In this document: positions 32,191 to 40,990 of the stretch, piece after piece
Layout of the letters: the number at the start of each line of letters is the position of its first letter
Position numbering within the stretch: the stretch's first letter is position 1
Assembly (NCBI GenBank): GCA_965214605.1
Contig: OZ243961.1
Location: 2,976,001-3,040,000 of the forward strand
DNA: 64,000 nucleotides
DNA from: an uncultured Candidatus Binatia bacterium
GTDB lineage: Bacteria > Desulfobacterota > Binatia > Bin18
Reading direction: 5' to 3'
The notes under the pieces: generated by a model
Told to the model about the DNA's origin: nothing
The model's input: only the letters and a program-made list of their open reading frames with translations
Databases searched by the model: none
Program-made: the position numbers and the translations under genes

Positions 32191-32318
32191 GTTTTGCCTC
32201 CTTTGCTCAGACTCTTTAGCGCTGATTATTTCCTTGCCCGCGTTCTTTTGCAAGCTTGGCGGCACGATGGTAGACTGACCCGGATTGAAGCGCCCATGGA
32301 AAAGAGGAGGATGCCCCC

Positions 32319-33515
32319 ATGTCGGCACTCGACCATATTCGTATTCTCGATTTGACCCACTACGAAGCCGGGCCGGCCTGTACCGAACTGTTGGCCTTTT
32401 TAGGGGCGGATGTCATTAAGCTTGAGCCGCCGGGCAAGGGGGAGCCGGGCCGCAGCTTCGTGCGCGATAAGCCGGATGTGGACTCCTATCTTTTTGTGCT
32501 GCTGAACGCCAGCAAACGCAGCGTCACCCTTGATCTCAAATCCGAGCAGGGCAAAGACTTGTTCCGTGCCCTCGTCAAGCAGGTCGACGTTGTGATCGAA
32601 AATTTTTCGCTGGGTACCATGGAGGAGTTGGGGCTTGGCTACCAGAGCCTGCGCGAGATCAATCCCTGCCTCGTCTACGCGACGATTAAGGGCTATGGCA
32701 CCTACGGTCCGTGGAGTAGTTATAAGAGCTTTAACTCTGCCGCCCTGGCAACCGGCGGCGCGATCAGCATCACCGGCTTGCCGGACGGACCGCCGATCAA
32801 ACCCGGTCCGACCATTGCTGACACCGGAACCGGCCTCCACTGCGCGGTGGGCATTTTGTCAGCCTTACTGCAGCGCAACAAAACCGGCCGTGGGCAACAC
32901 GTTGAAGTGGCCATGCAAGACGCCATGGTCAACTACGGACGGGTTCCCATGCGACACCATCTCCAGACCGGGGCGGTCGTGCAGCGCAGCGGCAACCGTC
33001 TGAGCCATGCCGCACCGACCGATACCTATGCCTGTCATCCTGGCGGGCCTAACGACTACATCTACCTTATGGCCACTACTTCGGCCATGTGGGACGCCCT
33101 GCTGCGGGTTATTGAGCGGGAAGATCTGATTGACGATCCGCGCTATACCGGCCGGGCCGAACGCAACGCGCGCTTTGACGAAGTGTACGAGTTTATCAGC
33201 GCCTGGACCCGGCAGCACGACAAGTTCACAGTCATGCACAAAATGGGCGAGGTCGGTATTCCGTGTGGCGCCGTATTTGATTCCCGGGATATCCTCAGTG
33301 ACCCTCACCTGCGCGAACGCGGCATGGTAGCAACGATTGAGCACCCGACGCGGGGCGAGATCACCATGCCGACCTGCGCCGTCCAACTAGACGACTCGCC
33401 GCTTAACCTCAAACCCGCCCCACTCTTGGGGGAGCACAACGGCGAAGTGTATCATGATCTGCTGGGCCTGAGTGCCGAAGCGGTCAAGGAGCTGGAGGTG
33501 GAAGGGGTCATCTGA
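32319..33515 (+). CDS. Class III CoA-transferase (CaiB/BaiF, formyl-CoA transferase-like)
   Basis: ILDLTHYEAGP, LGADVIKLE, NASKRSVTLDLK and ENF motifs; catalytic Asp in TIADTGTG. Confidence 0.93.
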   Translation: MSALDHIRILDLTHYEAGPACTELLAFLGADVIKLEPPGKGEPGRSFVRDKPDVDSYLFVLLNASKRSVTLDLKSEQGKDLFRALVKQVDVVIENFSLGTMEELGLGYQSLREINPCLVYATIKGYGTYGPWSSYKSFNSAALATGGAISITGLPDGPPIKPGPTIADTGTGLHCAVGILSALLQRNKTGRGQHVEVAMQDAMVNYGRVPMRHHLQTGAVVQRSGNRLSHAAPTDTYACHPGGPNDYIYLMATTSAMWDALLRVIEREDLIDDPRYTGRAERNARFDEVYEFISAWTRQHDKFTVMHKMGEVGIPCGAVFDSRDILSDPHLRERGMVATIEHPTRGEITMPTCAVQLDDSPLNLKPAPLLGEHNGEVYHDLLGLSAEAVKELEVEGVI

Positions 33516-33516
33516 G

Positions 33517-33895
33517 TGTCCTGCCTGTCTGGAGAATAGTGATTATCTCTCGCACTGTGAGTTTGAGCAGTGCCATGAGCGTCGGATATTAAGAGGGCCG
33601 AGTTAATAGAGGAGTGGGCTCTGTAAGCCTGCCGGTCCGGACCGAGACGCAGGGGGACCCCCACGCCCACACCATAACTTGGCTCGGCGTATACCATGGC
33701 GCCACAACCTCCGGTGTTCATCTCGCCGACAACGTCCCCCTATGCCTTGACCTCGACGACGAACCGTGGCCGGATGCTCTGATCCGAACCGGACAAGGGC
33801 GGCCATTCTTTAGTTGCCGCGGACGATGACAGTGAAGGCGCGCCCGAACTGATTGTTGAAATTGCCGCTGGCAGCGCAGGCTACGACCTGGACGA
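33517..33895 (+). pseudogene. Uma2 (DUF820) family endonuclease relic
   Basis: Stitched LENSDYLSHCEFEQ..IKRAELIE..PVR..GDPHAHTITWLGVY..LDLDDEPWPDAL..EGAPELIVEIAAGSAGYDL; frameshifted and truncated. Confidence 0.8.
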
Positions 33896-34123
33896 CTCTG
33901 GTCAAGGGGTTGGAGTGTCCTGCTCGTGTCCGCCCTGTTTGCCCCGGCGGCGGCTGGCAATCGCCCAGAGGGGTTCGTCGATATCCCTGTTTTCCCTGGA
34001 CGCCTTTTTGGGGGATTCTACGGCTACTTCCTGTGGTGGGAGCGTCTCTTTCGCCGGCGGTACGCCTAGGTGCAGGGGCAATCGGTGGCGGTGATTGATT
34101 GCTCTATGGACACTCTTCCGTTC

Positions 34124-34160
34124 AAGACGGGCGGCCGACGTGGCGGGCAGCCGTCTTTTC
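34124..34160 (+). terminator. Candidate intrinsic terminator
   Basis: AAGACGG...CCGTCTT inverted repeat followed by T-rich sequence. Confidence 0.4.
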
Positions 34161-34249
34161 TGTGCCTCTCTCCCTGTTTCCCGGTGCGGTCCTCGGGATG
34201 AGGCTGATGGTGATTTTGCCGAGTTCGGAATTCGCTAGGGGAAAAGCCC

Positions 34250-34713
34250 GTGAGCCGGAGAGTATTTTATAGTTTTCACTGTAAACCCGATAACAGGCAT
34301 ACGGCGTAGGTGCGCAATATCGGTGGGATTGAGGGCAATAGCCCCGCTACGGATAATGAATGGGAAACCGTCAAGAGGGGCGGCGATCAAACGCTGGATT
34401 GATAAGGAAATGAAAGGCCGGTCGTGCTGGGTCGTGTTGAGCGGGGCTCACACCGCTAAGTGGATCAACTCCAAGATTCGCAAGGCGTGGGAGGACGGCA
34501 CGGGCGTTGCAGGGATTAATATCCACAGTTTGGAAGATGAGAACGGGAAAGCTTCTTCAATTTTAATCAGGATGGAATCCGTTCGATTTGCTCCCATCAC
34601 TGTCTGCAATCATGCCACGTTATAACCCGCCCTCCCGGACCGGCCAAGACCGGTATACCTGGATCGTAAAGAACTCAGCGGATGTCGTCGAAGAGGTGAT
34701 TCAGATAGGCTAG
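34250..34713 (+). pseudogene. TIR-domain protein relic (MTH538/DUF1863, Thoeris ThsB-like)
   Basis: VSRRVFYSFHCKPDN..*VRNIGGIEGNSPATDNEWETVKRG / AAIKRWIDKEMKGRSCWVVL.G..TAKWINSKIRKAWEDGTGVAGINIH; internal stop and frameshifts. Confidence 0.85.
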
Positions 34714-34999
34714 GATGCCCAATAAAAAGTGGCCGAGCACCGTGGCCGGGTCTCTGAGCCATGTTTGACACAATGCACGGGTATCAGCCAGACAAATGGC
34801 TTGTCGAAAAAGCAGGAAGGGCCATCAGCATAAGCCGGACCGCTGGAAGCACGATGTTACGCAGTCGATAGACATGGACGAGGCTTGGCGCATAGGCTTT
34901 GCGCCGGAGGTCTACCGGACCACGCTGGCCCCGGCCACCTAGGTGGCCGGGGCCACGTTGACGGCGACAAAGGAGCTACGGGACATCGGCCGCACCACG

Positions 35000-35394
35000 C
35001 TGATGGACGATCGCGGTGATTGACACCCCTCTTTCGTATATGTACCTGAAAGAGCACCGGGCACTCCAGCGTCACCTCTCGAAGGCCTTTCAGCCAAGTC
35101 CCGGTGAAACGGTACGAGTCGCAGGACTACCGCCGAAACTGCCTATTCTTCCCCGAGCGCAACGTGACCATGTCGGCCCTAACCGAGGCGACCATCATCG
35201 TGAAAGCGGAAGAGACGTCGGGCACCCTGATTCGGGCACGTGCGGCTCTGCAACAAAGGCGCAAGCTCTTCATCCTCGACAACTGTTTCCACAATCCACA
35301 GCTTAACTAGCCGGCCCGGTTTGCCGAGCAGGGTGCCATCCGGATCAAGGACTACGATGACCTCCGAACGCATCTTTCCCACAGCGCCTCACTG
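35000..35394 (+). pseudogene. DprA/Smf (SLOG) family C-terminal relic
   Basis: TIAVIDTPLS..KEHRALQ..SQVPVKRY..FFPERNVTMSALTEATIIVKAEETSGTLIRARAALQQRRKLFIL; stop at 35308-35310. Confidence 0.85.
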
Positions 35395-36015
35395 AGGTCG
35401 ACGAGCTGATACGGCCAGATCATTCTGCTGACCGAAGCCGACGCCTGCTACTTCATCGGCGAGTACACGGCACGTATGCCCATAGCGCTACCAACGACGT
35501 GATCTCGAATTCCAAGAAGGAGATGAATCGGCGCGGGCTGCCGGAGCGGCAGTATAAAGAACAAGCGATTCAAACCGTCGCAGACGTCCTTCGGAAAGCC
35601 CTCAATCCGGATGCTCTCCACCGTCTGACCTTCGCGCCAATTCCGCCCTCGAAGGCACGGAACGATCCGCTCTATGACAGCCGTCTCACCTGGATGCTTC
35701 ATGCTATTCGCCCCAAGCCGACTCGGGACACTCGCGGACTCATTACTCAGACAGCAAGCACGGAGTCTGTTCATCCCCAAGGCCATTCCTGAACAGTTTG
35801 AGGCAATGTATCGAATTGACCAAGCATTGGTGGAACCAGCGCCCGATTACATCGCCGTGGTCGACGACATGTTGACGGCAGGGGCGCATTGCCGAGCGGC
35901 AAAATCAATTCTTTCGGCTCGTTTTCCGAAGGCAGTCATTGTAGGGCTCTTCATCGCCCGGTGGGTGCCGGCTAGGGACGAATTCGGCGAGCACGACAAC
36001 TGTGCCGAATATTGA
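35376..36015 (+). pseudogene. Phosphoribosyltransferase (PRTase)-domain relic
   Basis: RLTEVDELIRPDH, PIPPSKARNDPLYDSRL and PRPP loop IAVVDDMLTAGAH; two or more frameshifts; overlaps the DprA relic. Confidence 0.82.
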
Positions 36016-36412
36016 GGAGTCTGTGCCTCCTTCCGGAGTCAGGGAGGGGGCGTCGGAGGAGTTAATATAGGCAATTCGTGTCCCCTCAAGCAGGTCGGGA
36101 TCCTGCGCACGATGACCGTGAGCACTGCAGGTGTTCAGGGCTTGCGGGTTGACCTAGAGACAACGACTCCGCTCCGAAAAGGGGCGTGCCATAAGGGGTA
36201 CGGTATTGGCAAATATTAAGGAACACCATCATCCGCAATGGAATGGCTGGCTCAAGGCCGCATTTGAATAGAATGGGGCGCTGCCGATCACCGAGCGTGA
36301 CATTGAGGCCCAAGTGCCAAGAGGGCAGGGAGCGAAAACAAGGCAGGAGGCCGCCGTCATTTGGCCGAGGAACGGAATATGGTTCGCCACGGCCGCGTCT
36401 TGGAGGAGCGTG

Positions 36413-37874
36413 GAATCGGACCGAACTCGAACAGCTAGGTCCGCAGTGTCGCTACGTCGTCACAAAAACCTTGTACGAACGGGGCTTTCCGGTCTGGTTG
36501 CACGAGCAATCGGCGCCTAGGCTGAACAAATGGATAGCGCGCGCGGCGCCCCGTGCCGGGAGCATTAACGACGACCGGACCGGTGGCAGGGTGGCCAACC
36601 AACTTCATCTCGGCCCGCAGGAGGGAATCGCTGACTTCATCGACCGCCTGTCTGCGGCAAGACCAACCGAAATACGTGTCCAGCGTAGCTACAACAGCGA
36701 CGCGGACTAGGCGAGAAAGCGGGCGAAATCCCCGGACAACCTGCTGTGCGACGTGGTGGGGCAGGCGTTTGATACGTACTTGAAGGATGAAAAGTGGGCA
36801 TGGGTGGCAAAGGAGCTGGGGGACGTCCTCCCGAAGACGGGAACGGAGCAGTCTGAACGAGGCGAAGGAACTGAGGAATGCCTTCCCGGAGACGGAACGC
36901 GGGGAGGGGACGCGCCCGGCAGCGGCGCCTGCCGGAGCAGGATACAGAAGACTGGGAAGCCGTTCTGTACTTCCTGCTCCATCTCGTGCCTGTTGATGCG
37001 GTCAGCCGTTTGAAGCATCAGCTGCGCAAATGGTCCATCCTGGAAAAGAAGGCGTCACCGGAGGCAGAAGAACAGCGGTCACCGGAGGTCACCGCCATTG
37101 GACGACTACTTAGTCTCTATCTCGACATGCACGACGCCAAGTTCGAGGGCAGTGAAGGTGTGGCTACAGCCGAAGAACTCAAGGAACTGTTCCAATCCGA
37201 AGACGCCTTTGCCCGAGCATGTCCCGGACAGCTGGGGGCCAGGACGCTGGCCACTACGTGCCCTGGCGCGGGCTGTGGGAGATTTTGCGTTTCGGCAGTC
37301 TGAAGCCGTTGATGCCGATTTTCAGGCAGCATCGCATTACAGACGAGGATGTGAAGAAGCTGACCAAGACGGAAACGCCCGAGAATGGCAAGGCCTCCTC
37401 CTCCCGCATCGCCAGAGACCAGGAGAAGCGCGAAGCGCTGCACGACCAATAGGTGAAAAAGAAAAAAAGTTTTCCCAGGAGGACAAGACCGCTTATTGCG
37501 AGGCGCTGGCCGAGGTGGTCGCGCATCGGCATTTGGCCGCCCATGTTCGCCTCAACAATCACGCCCGTTTGCATAGCCTGCTGATGGGAGTGCTTGGGCA
37601 GTTGGTTGATTATGCTGGGCTGTGGGAGCGTGATCTGTGTTTTTCGACGCTGGCGCTCATCTCACTGCAAAAGAAGAGGCCTCAGGACAATTTCTTCATC
37701 GGAGAAGAGCGCGAGGCTCTGGGCAACGGCCGGATCGTTGATGCCCTGAAAAAATTAAAGAAGAGAGGCGATAAAGGGGACGCCTCTGTACAGGCGATTT
37801 TCTGTCAATTGAAGCGCCTGTTCGGCGCTAATTTTCTCGACAGTAAAAAAGGTCTGGTCAGCATTCGCAACGAT
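36413..37874 (+). pseudogene. cas13a: Type VI-A CRISPR effector Cas13a fragment (central region to start of HEPN2)
   Basis: Colinear motifs resemble Rhodobacter capsulatus-type Cas13a as I recall it: LYERGF..WL, TEIRVQRSYNSD, WEAVLYFLLHLVPVDAVSRLKHQLRKW, LYLDMHDAKFEG, RGLWEILRFG, VRLNNHARLHSLLMGVLGQLVDYAGLWERD, ending at IRND; 2 nonsense codons and at least 3 frameshifts. Confidence 0.88.
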
Positions 37875-38072
37875 TCTTCTTTCCTGAGACGTCAGAGAAG
37901 AGGAAGACAAAGCGGACATGTCCGGAAAAGGGGACGAAAAAACTGGAGAAATGAGAGAGGCGCCCTTCGGGAGAAGACGCTCCCCTGATCCACAGAGGAG
38001 GGCCGATACGGGACGACAACACAACTGTCCCGCGCATTTGCTCAGCCTTACCTAACATGCTAGCACGAAACC

Positions 38073-38354
38073 ATGGGTCGAGCAAAACAACGACAGCAAC
38101 GCATCCAGCACCTCGAAGAGCAAGCTGCACGGATACAAGCCGAAACGCGCCGCCTCAAAGCCCTCGTCAGTCAGGAAGAGCGGGAGCGGGAGACGCGGCG
38201 AAAAATTCTCGTTGGCTCTATGGTCCTCGCCCTCGTCGAGCGCGGCGAATGGCCCGAACAACGCTTCAAAACCACCCGTGCTCGGGCCCTGTTTGAACCG
38301 CCGCCTCAAACGGCGCCGCCCGTTACCGCTCCAGAGAGGACAATAGATGACTGA
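38073..38354 (+). CDS. Plasmid mobilisation accessory protein (RSF1010 MobC/TraD-like)
   Basis: Coiled coil followed by RETRRKILVGSMVLALVERGEWPE. Confidence 0.7.
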   Translation: MGRAKQRQQRIQHLEEQAARIQAETRRLKALVSQEERERETRRKILVGSMVLALVERGEWPEQRFKTTRARALFEPPPQTAPPVTAPERTIDD

Positions 38355-38712
38355 ATACGAAATCGCAGCCTTAGCACTGGCTGAGAGCCGAGTGGGGATT
38401 ATGCAGGGCCAACTCGCCGTCGCGCAGGCTCAAGTCTGGGTCACCGCCGGGCTTGGCCTCCTGCAGTGCCTGTTGATTGCGGGCGGTTTATGGCTGATGT
38501 GGGGTGGGAGCAAGCAGCGGGATCAGCAGCTGGCGCAGCAGGCCGGGCAGTTCGCCGAACTGATCCGCCGCGGCGAACGCCAGGGCAAGGCGCTTGAACG
38601 TCAAGGCGAGGCGCTCGAACGTCAAGGCGAGGCGCTCGAACGCCAAGGCGAAGTCTTAGCCGAGCTGTTGCGCCGGACCACTCCGAAAACCCGGGAAGAG
38701 AAAGCAAAATGA
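38347..38712 (+). CDS. Single-TM coiled-coil hypothetical protein
   Basis: 121 aa; AGAGGA RBS; one TM helix; ERQGEAL heptad repeats. Confidence 0.65.
   Translation: MTEYEIAALALAESRVGIMQGQLAVAQAQVWVTAGLGLLQCLLIAGGLWLMWGGSKQRDQQLAQQAGQFAELIRRGERQGKALERQGEALERQGEALERQGEVLAELLRRTTPKTREEKAK
38575..38658 (+). repeat. Four tandem ~21-nt coding repeats (GAACGTCAAGGCGAGGCGCTC)
   Basis: Directly visible; encodes ERQG(K/E)AL repeats. Confidence 0.9.
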
Positions 38713-38773
38713 GCGTGGAAAAAACCGCCAGTCAGACGCCAGGCCGAAGCGGAGGCAAGGAAGGCCCATCCGC

Positions 38774-39030
38774 ATGAGCGCGCTGGCCTTTGACGCTCAT
38801 AAAGCGTCCTGGCCCTCAGGTAGGCGGGCTTCGCCGAGCCGCAAGCTAAGGCCGTAGTCATCAACCACCATGGGCGAAGCCCTTGACGACAACGTCGCCA
38901 CCAAGGCCGCTCTCACCGAGTTCCGCGCCGTCCTCGAAGCCGAGATGGTCCAGGGGTTCAAAGCGCTCTACAAACCCGTGTGGGCCATGGCCGCTGGCAT
39001 CGTGTCACCCTGGTCAAGCTCATTCAATAG
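38774..39030 (+). pseudogene. DUF1640/CCDC90-like relic, inverted paralogue of 39494-39865
   Basis: ATGAGCGCGCTGGCCTTTGAC start identical to the intact copy; shared MGEALDDNVATKA; stop and frameshifts. Confidence 0.8.
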
Positions 39031-39246
39031 CGAGCACGGCCGGAAGGCCCTGTTATCTGGTGAGGGATTTCGGAGTGGGTTGGATCGAGATCGGGCCGTG
39101 ACGGTCCAATCGGCATGCCGTAGGGGACTGCGCCCCTACGGCACCGAAATATACGACCTCTTATTAGAGATACCCCTCCAATAAAGGGGGGATTACCCCC
39201 CGACCTGCAAGTCTGGAAACTGTGAGGCGCGGAACTATGTAGGCGG

Positions 39247-39470
39247 GTGGCGCGGCCGGCCTACCTGCACCAGCTCAGTGACAGCAGGATGAAGCAGCTC
39301 AAGCATTTCAAGCAGAATTTGCTCCTAGCGATCCGGGGTCTGGAAACGGCAGGCGTGATCAAGTCGTTTGAGTTCCGGGACGACCTGGTCCACGTCCGGA
39401 CTGTGCCGAGCCAGAGCCAGCAGTGCCACTTGATCGCGTGCCAGCCACCTCAGCTCGGCGGCGGAAATAG
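39247..39470 (+). pseudogene. TrfA-family plasmid replication initiator, C-terminal fragment
   Basis: LHQLSDSRMKQLKHFKQNL...LETAGVIKSFEFRDDLVHV resembles the C-terminus of TrfA-type Rep proteins. Confidence 0.6.
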
Positions 39471-39493
39471 GCCCGGCATTGAGGGACGCTGTC

Positions 39494-39865
39494 CTAAGAG
39501 ATAAGCTTGAGCAGCGTGACGGTCAGGCCGACGATGCCGACAGCCATGAGCCAGAGCTGTTTGTAGAGCGCTTTGAACTCCTGGGCCATCTCGGTCCGCA
39601 CAGCCGCGATGTCAGCTCCGAGGTCGGCCTTCAGGGCGCCCATCTCGGTCCGCACAGCCGCGATGTCAGCTCCGAGGTCGGCCTTCAGAACGGCCATCTT
39701 GGCTTCGAGAGCGGCGCGGGTCTCGGTGAGGTCGGCCTTGGTGGCGACGTTGTCGTCAAGGGCTTCGCCCATGGTGTTGACCACGGCCTCGGCTTGGCCC
39801 TCCGCGAAGCCGGCCTGTTTGAGGGCGATGACGGCTTTATGGGTGTCAAAGGCCAGCGCGCTCAT
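39494..39865 (-). CDS. DUF1640/CCDC90-like coiled-coil protein with C-terminal TM helix
   Basis: AFDTHKAVIALKQAGFAEGQAEAVV, VATKADL, C-terminal hydrophobic helix; AAAGGAG RBS. Confidence 0.85.
   Translation of the reverse strand: MSALAFDTHKAVIALKQAGFAEGQAEAVVNTMGEALDDNVATKADLTETRAALEAKMAVLKADLGADIAAVRTEMGALKADLGADIAAVRTEMAQEFKALYKQLWLMAVGIVGLTVTLLKLIS
39586..39688. repeat. Tandem duplication with 54-nt period inside the DUF1640 gene
   Basis: CCATCTCGGTCCGCACAGCCGCGATGTCAGCTCCGAGGTCGGCCTTCAG occurs at 39586 and 39640. Confidence 0.9.
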
Positions 39866-39891
39866 GGCTGGGGGACTCCTTTCTCGCGATC

Positions 39892-40129
39892 CTAGCGGAG
39901 CGGGAGTTCAAACAGTGCCCGATCCCTGTCGCATTTCAGGGCGGCCTTGAGCCGTTCTTCGGGCCACTCGCCGCGCTCGACCATTCCCAGGATCATCGCC
40001 CCAACTAAAATCTTGCCTTGCGGTGTGTCGTGCTTGTGCTCCTACTGACTGGCGAGCGCCTTGAGGTAGTGTATCTTGGTTTGTCTCCGCCCGGCTTACT
40101 CGTCAAGCTACTGGATCCGCTGCCGCCAC
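39892..40129 (-). pseudogene. Second, degenerate MobC-like gene (inverted paralogue of 38073-38354)
   Basis: RQRIQ*LDE*A..LKALASQ*E..KILVGAMILGMVERGEWPEERLKAA..RALFELP; several stops. Confidence 0.75.
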
Positions 40130-40261
40130 CTCCTAGCACGGTGCGGGGGGGTGAGCAAGAGCGGATGAGGCATCAGTCATCGCACCCTGGTGGGCTCTGC
40201 TCTTCCTCCCTCAGTATGGAGTGAGGTGTTTTGTCGGAAAAAGGTTGATGAGGGTTTTTGG

Positions 40262-40407
40262 AAACCTTAGCATAGATGATCGGGTTGATGGTCGGGATAT
40301 GGGAGGTGGTATATCGCTCCAAGGTGGTAGCCAACCAGTCCGCCCAGTGTGGGTCGTCCTCAAAGATATCCAGCAGGATATTGGGAGTCCACGAGCAGAG
40401 AGAGCAT
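40262..40407 (-). pseudogene. PIN-domain (VapC) toxin relic
   Basis: LLVDS/NILLDIFEDDPHWADW...INPIIYAKVS; frameshifted and truncated. Confidence 0.75.
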
Positions 40408-40630
40408 GCCTCGCCCTGGGTCAACGCGAGGATCTTGTCGGCGGTCATCTTGACGTGGCGGCACCCCGGAACTTGTAAAAACGCTCTCCGGGCTTCGTCT
40501 GCCCGCTCTTCCTTACGATATACACCTGCTCGCTGTCCTCAATAAAATCCACTTCGCTGTAAGGCGTGATGCCGAGTTTTTCCCAAATCGGCAGCGGGAT
40601 GGCAACTTCCCCGTTCACGGCAACCTTCAT
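40404..40630 (-). pseudogene. AbrB/MazE-type antitoxin relic
   Basis: MKVAVNGEVAIPLPIWEKLGITPYSEVDF...FRGAAT/MTADKILALT; frameshift near 40447. Confidence 0.75.
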
Positions 40631-40689
40631 ACATACCAACTCCTCTCCTGCCACAGGGTATTACTCACCCTTGTCAGTACGACGGAGCA

Positions 40690-40990
40690 GGCCCGTCGAC
40701 CAGGGCCTGCACGAGGTGCGTCCCATCGCCAAGGAGATTCCAATTGAATAGCAGACCAAAGCCGTTTTCCGTGTCGCCGCCCGCCGCAGCAGAGTGCCTT
40801 CTTGGGGGGACCGTCGTTAAAGACGATCTCAATGCGCTCAGCGTTGCACGCCTAGCCGGAGATGAGACCGATGCCGCTCTGGAAAGCATCGCATGAGGCC
40901 CGGTCTTCTCCAGGGCAGCTCGAGCCCAGACGTGGGAGGCAGCACAGAGGAGCAGCAGACATAGGACAGTGGTCGTGGGCAGCCGCAAGC
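40690..40990 (-). pseudogene. Relic of a secreted protein carrying an SFQSGIG...NGFGLLFNWNLLGDG domain
   Basis: AFQSGIGLISG*ACNAERIEI..GDTENGFGLLFNWNLLGDGTHLVQALVDG; paralogous to 41705-42090. Confidence 0.65.

Noticed and set aside
36708-37452. TAG codons in cas13a as pyrrolysine or recoding sites
   Set aside because: They co-occur with frameshifts and truncations and look like ordinary nonsense changes
37915-38020. Possible degenerate Cas13a repeats (GGGGACGAAAAAAC at 37930-37943, GGGACGACAAC at 38010-38020) resembling the GGGGACTAAAAC 3' end of known type VI-A repeats
   Set aside because: Only 7 nt are shared, the spacing is 79 nt, the upstream parts do not match, and the first may simply encode a Lys-rich tail. 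Not enough to call a CRISPR array.
38575-38658. Short tandem repeats near cas13a as a CRISPR array
   Set aside because: 21-nt units with no spacers, in frame within a coiled-coil CDS
39586-39688. 54-nt-period direct repeat as an att site or CRISPR repeat
   Set aside because: In-frame tandem duplication of the DUF1640 coiled coil
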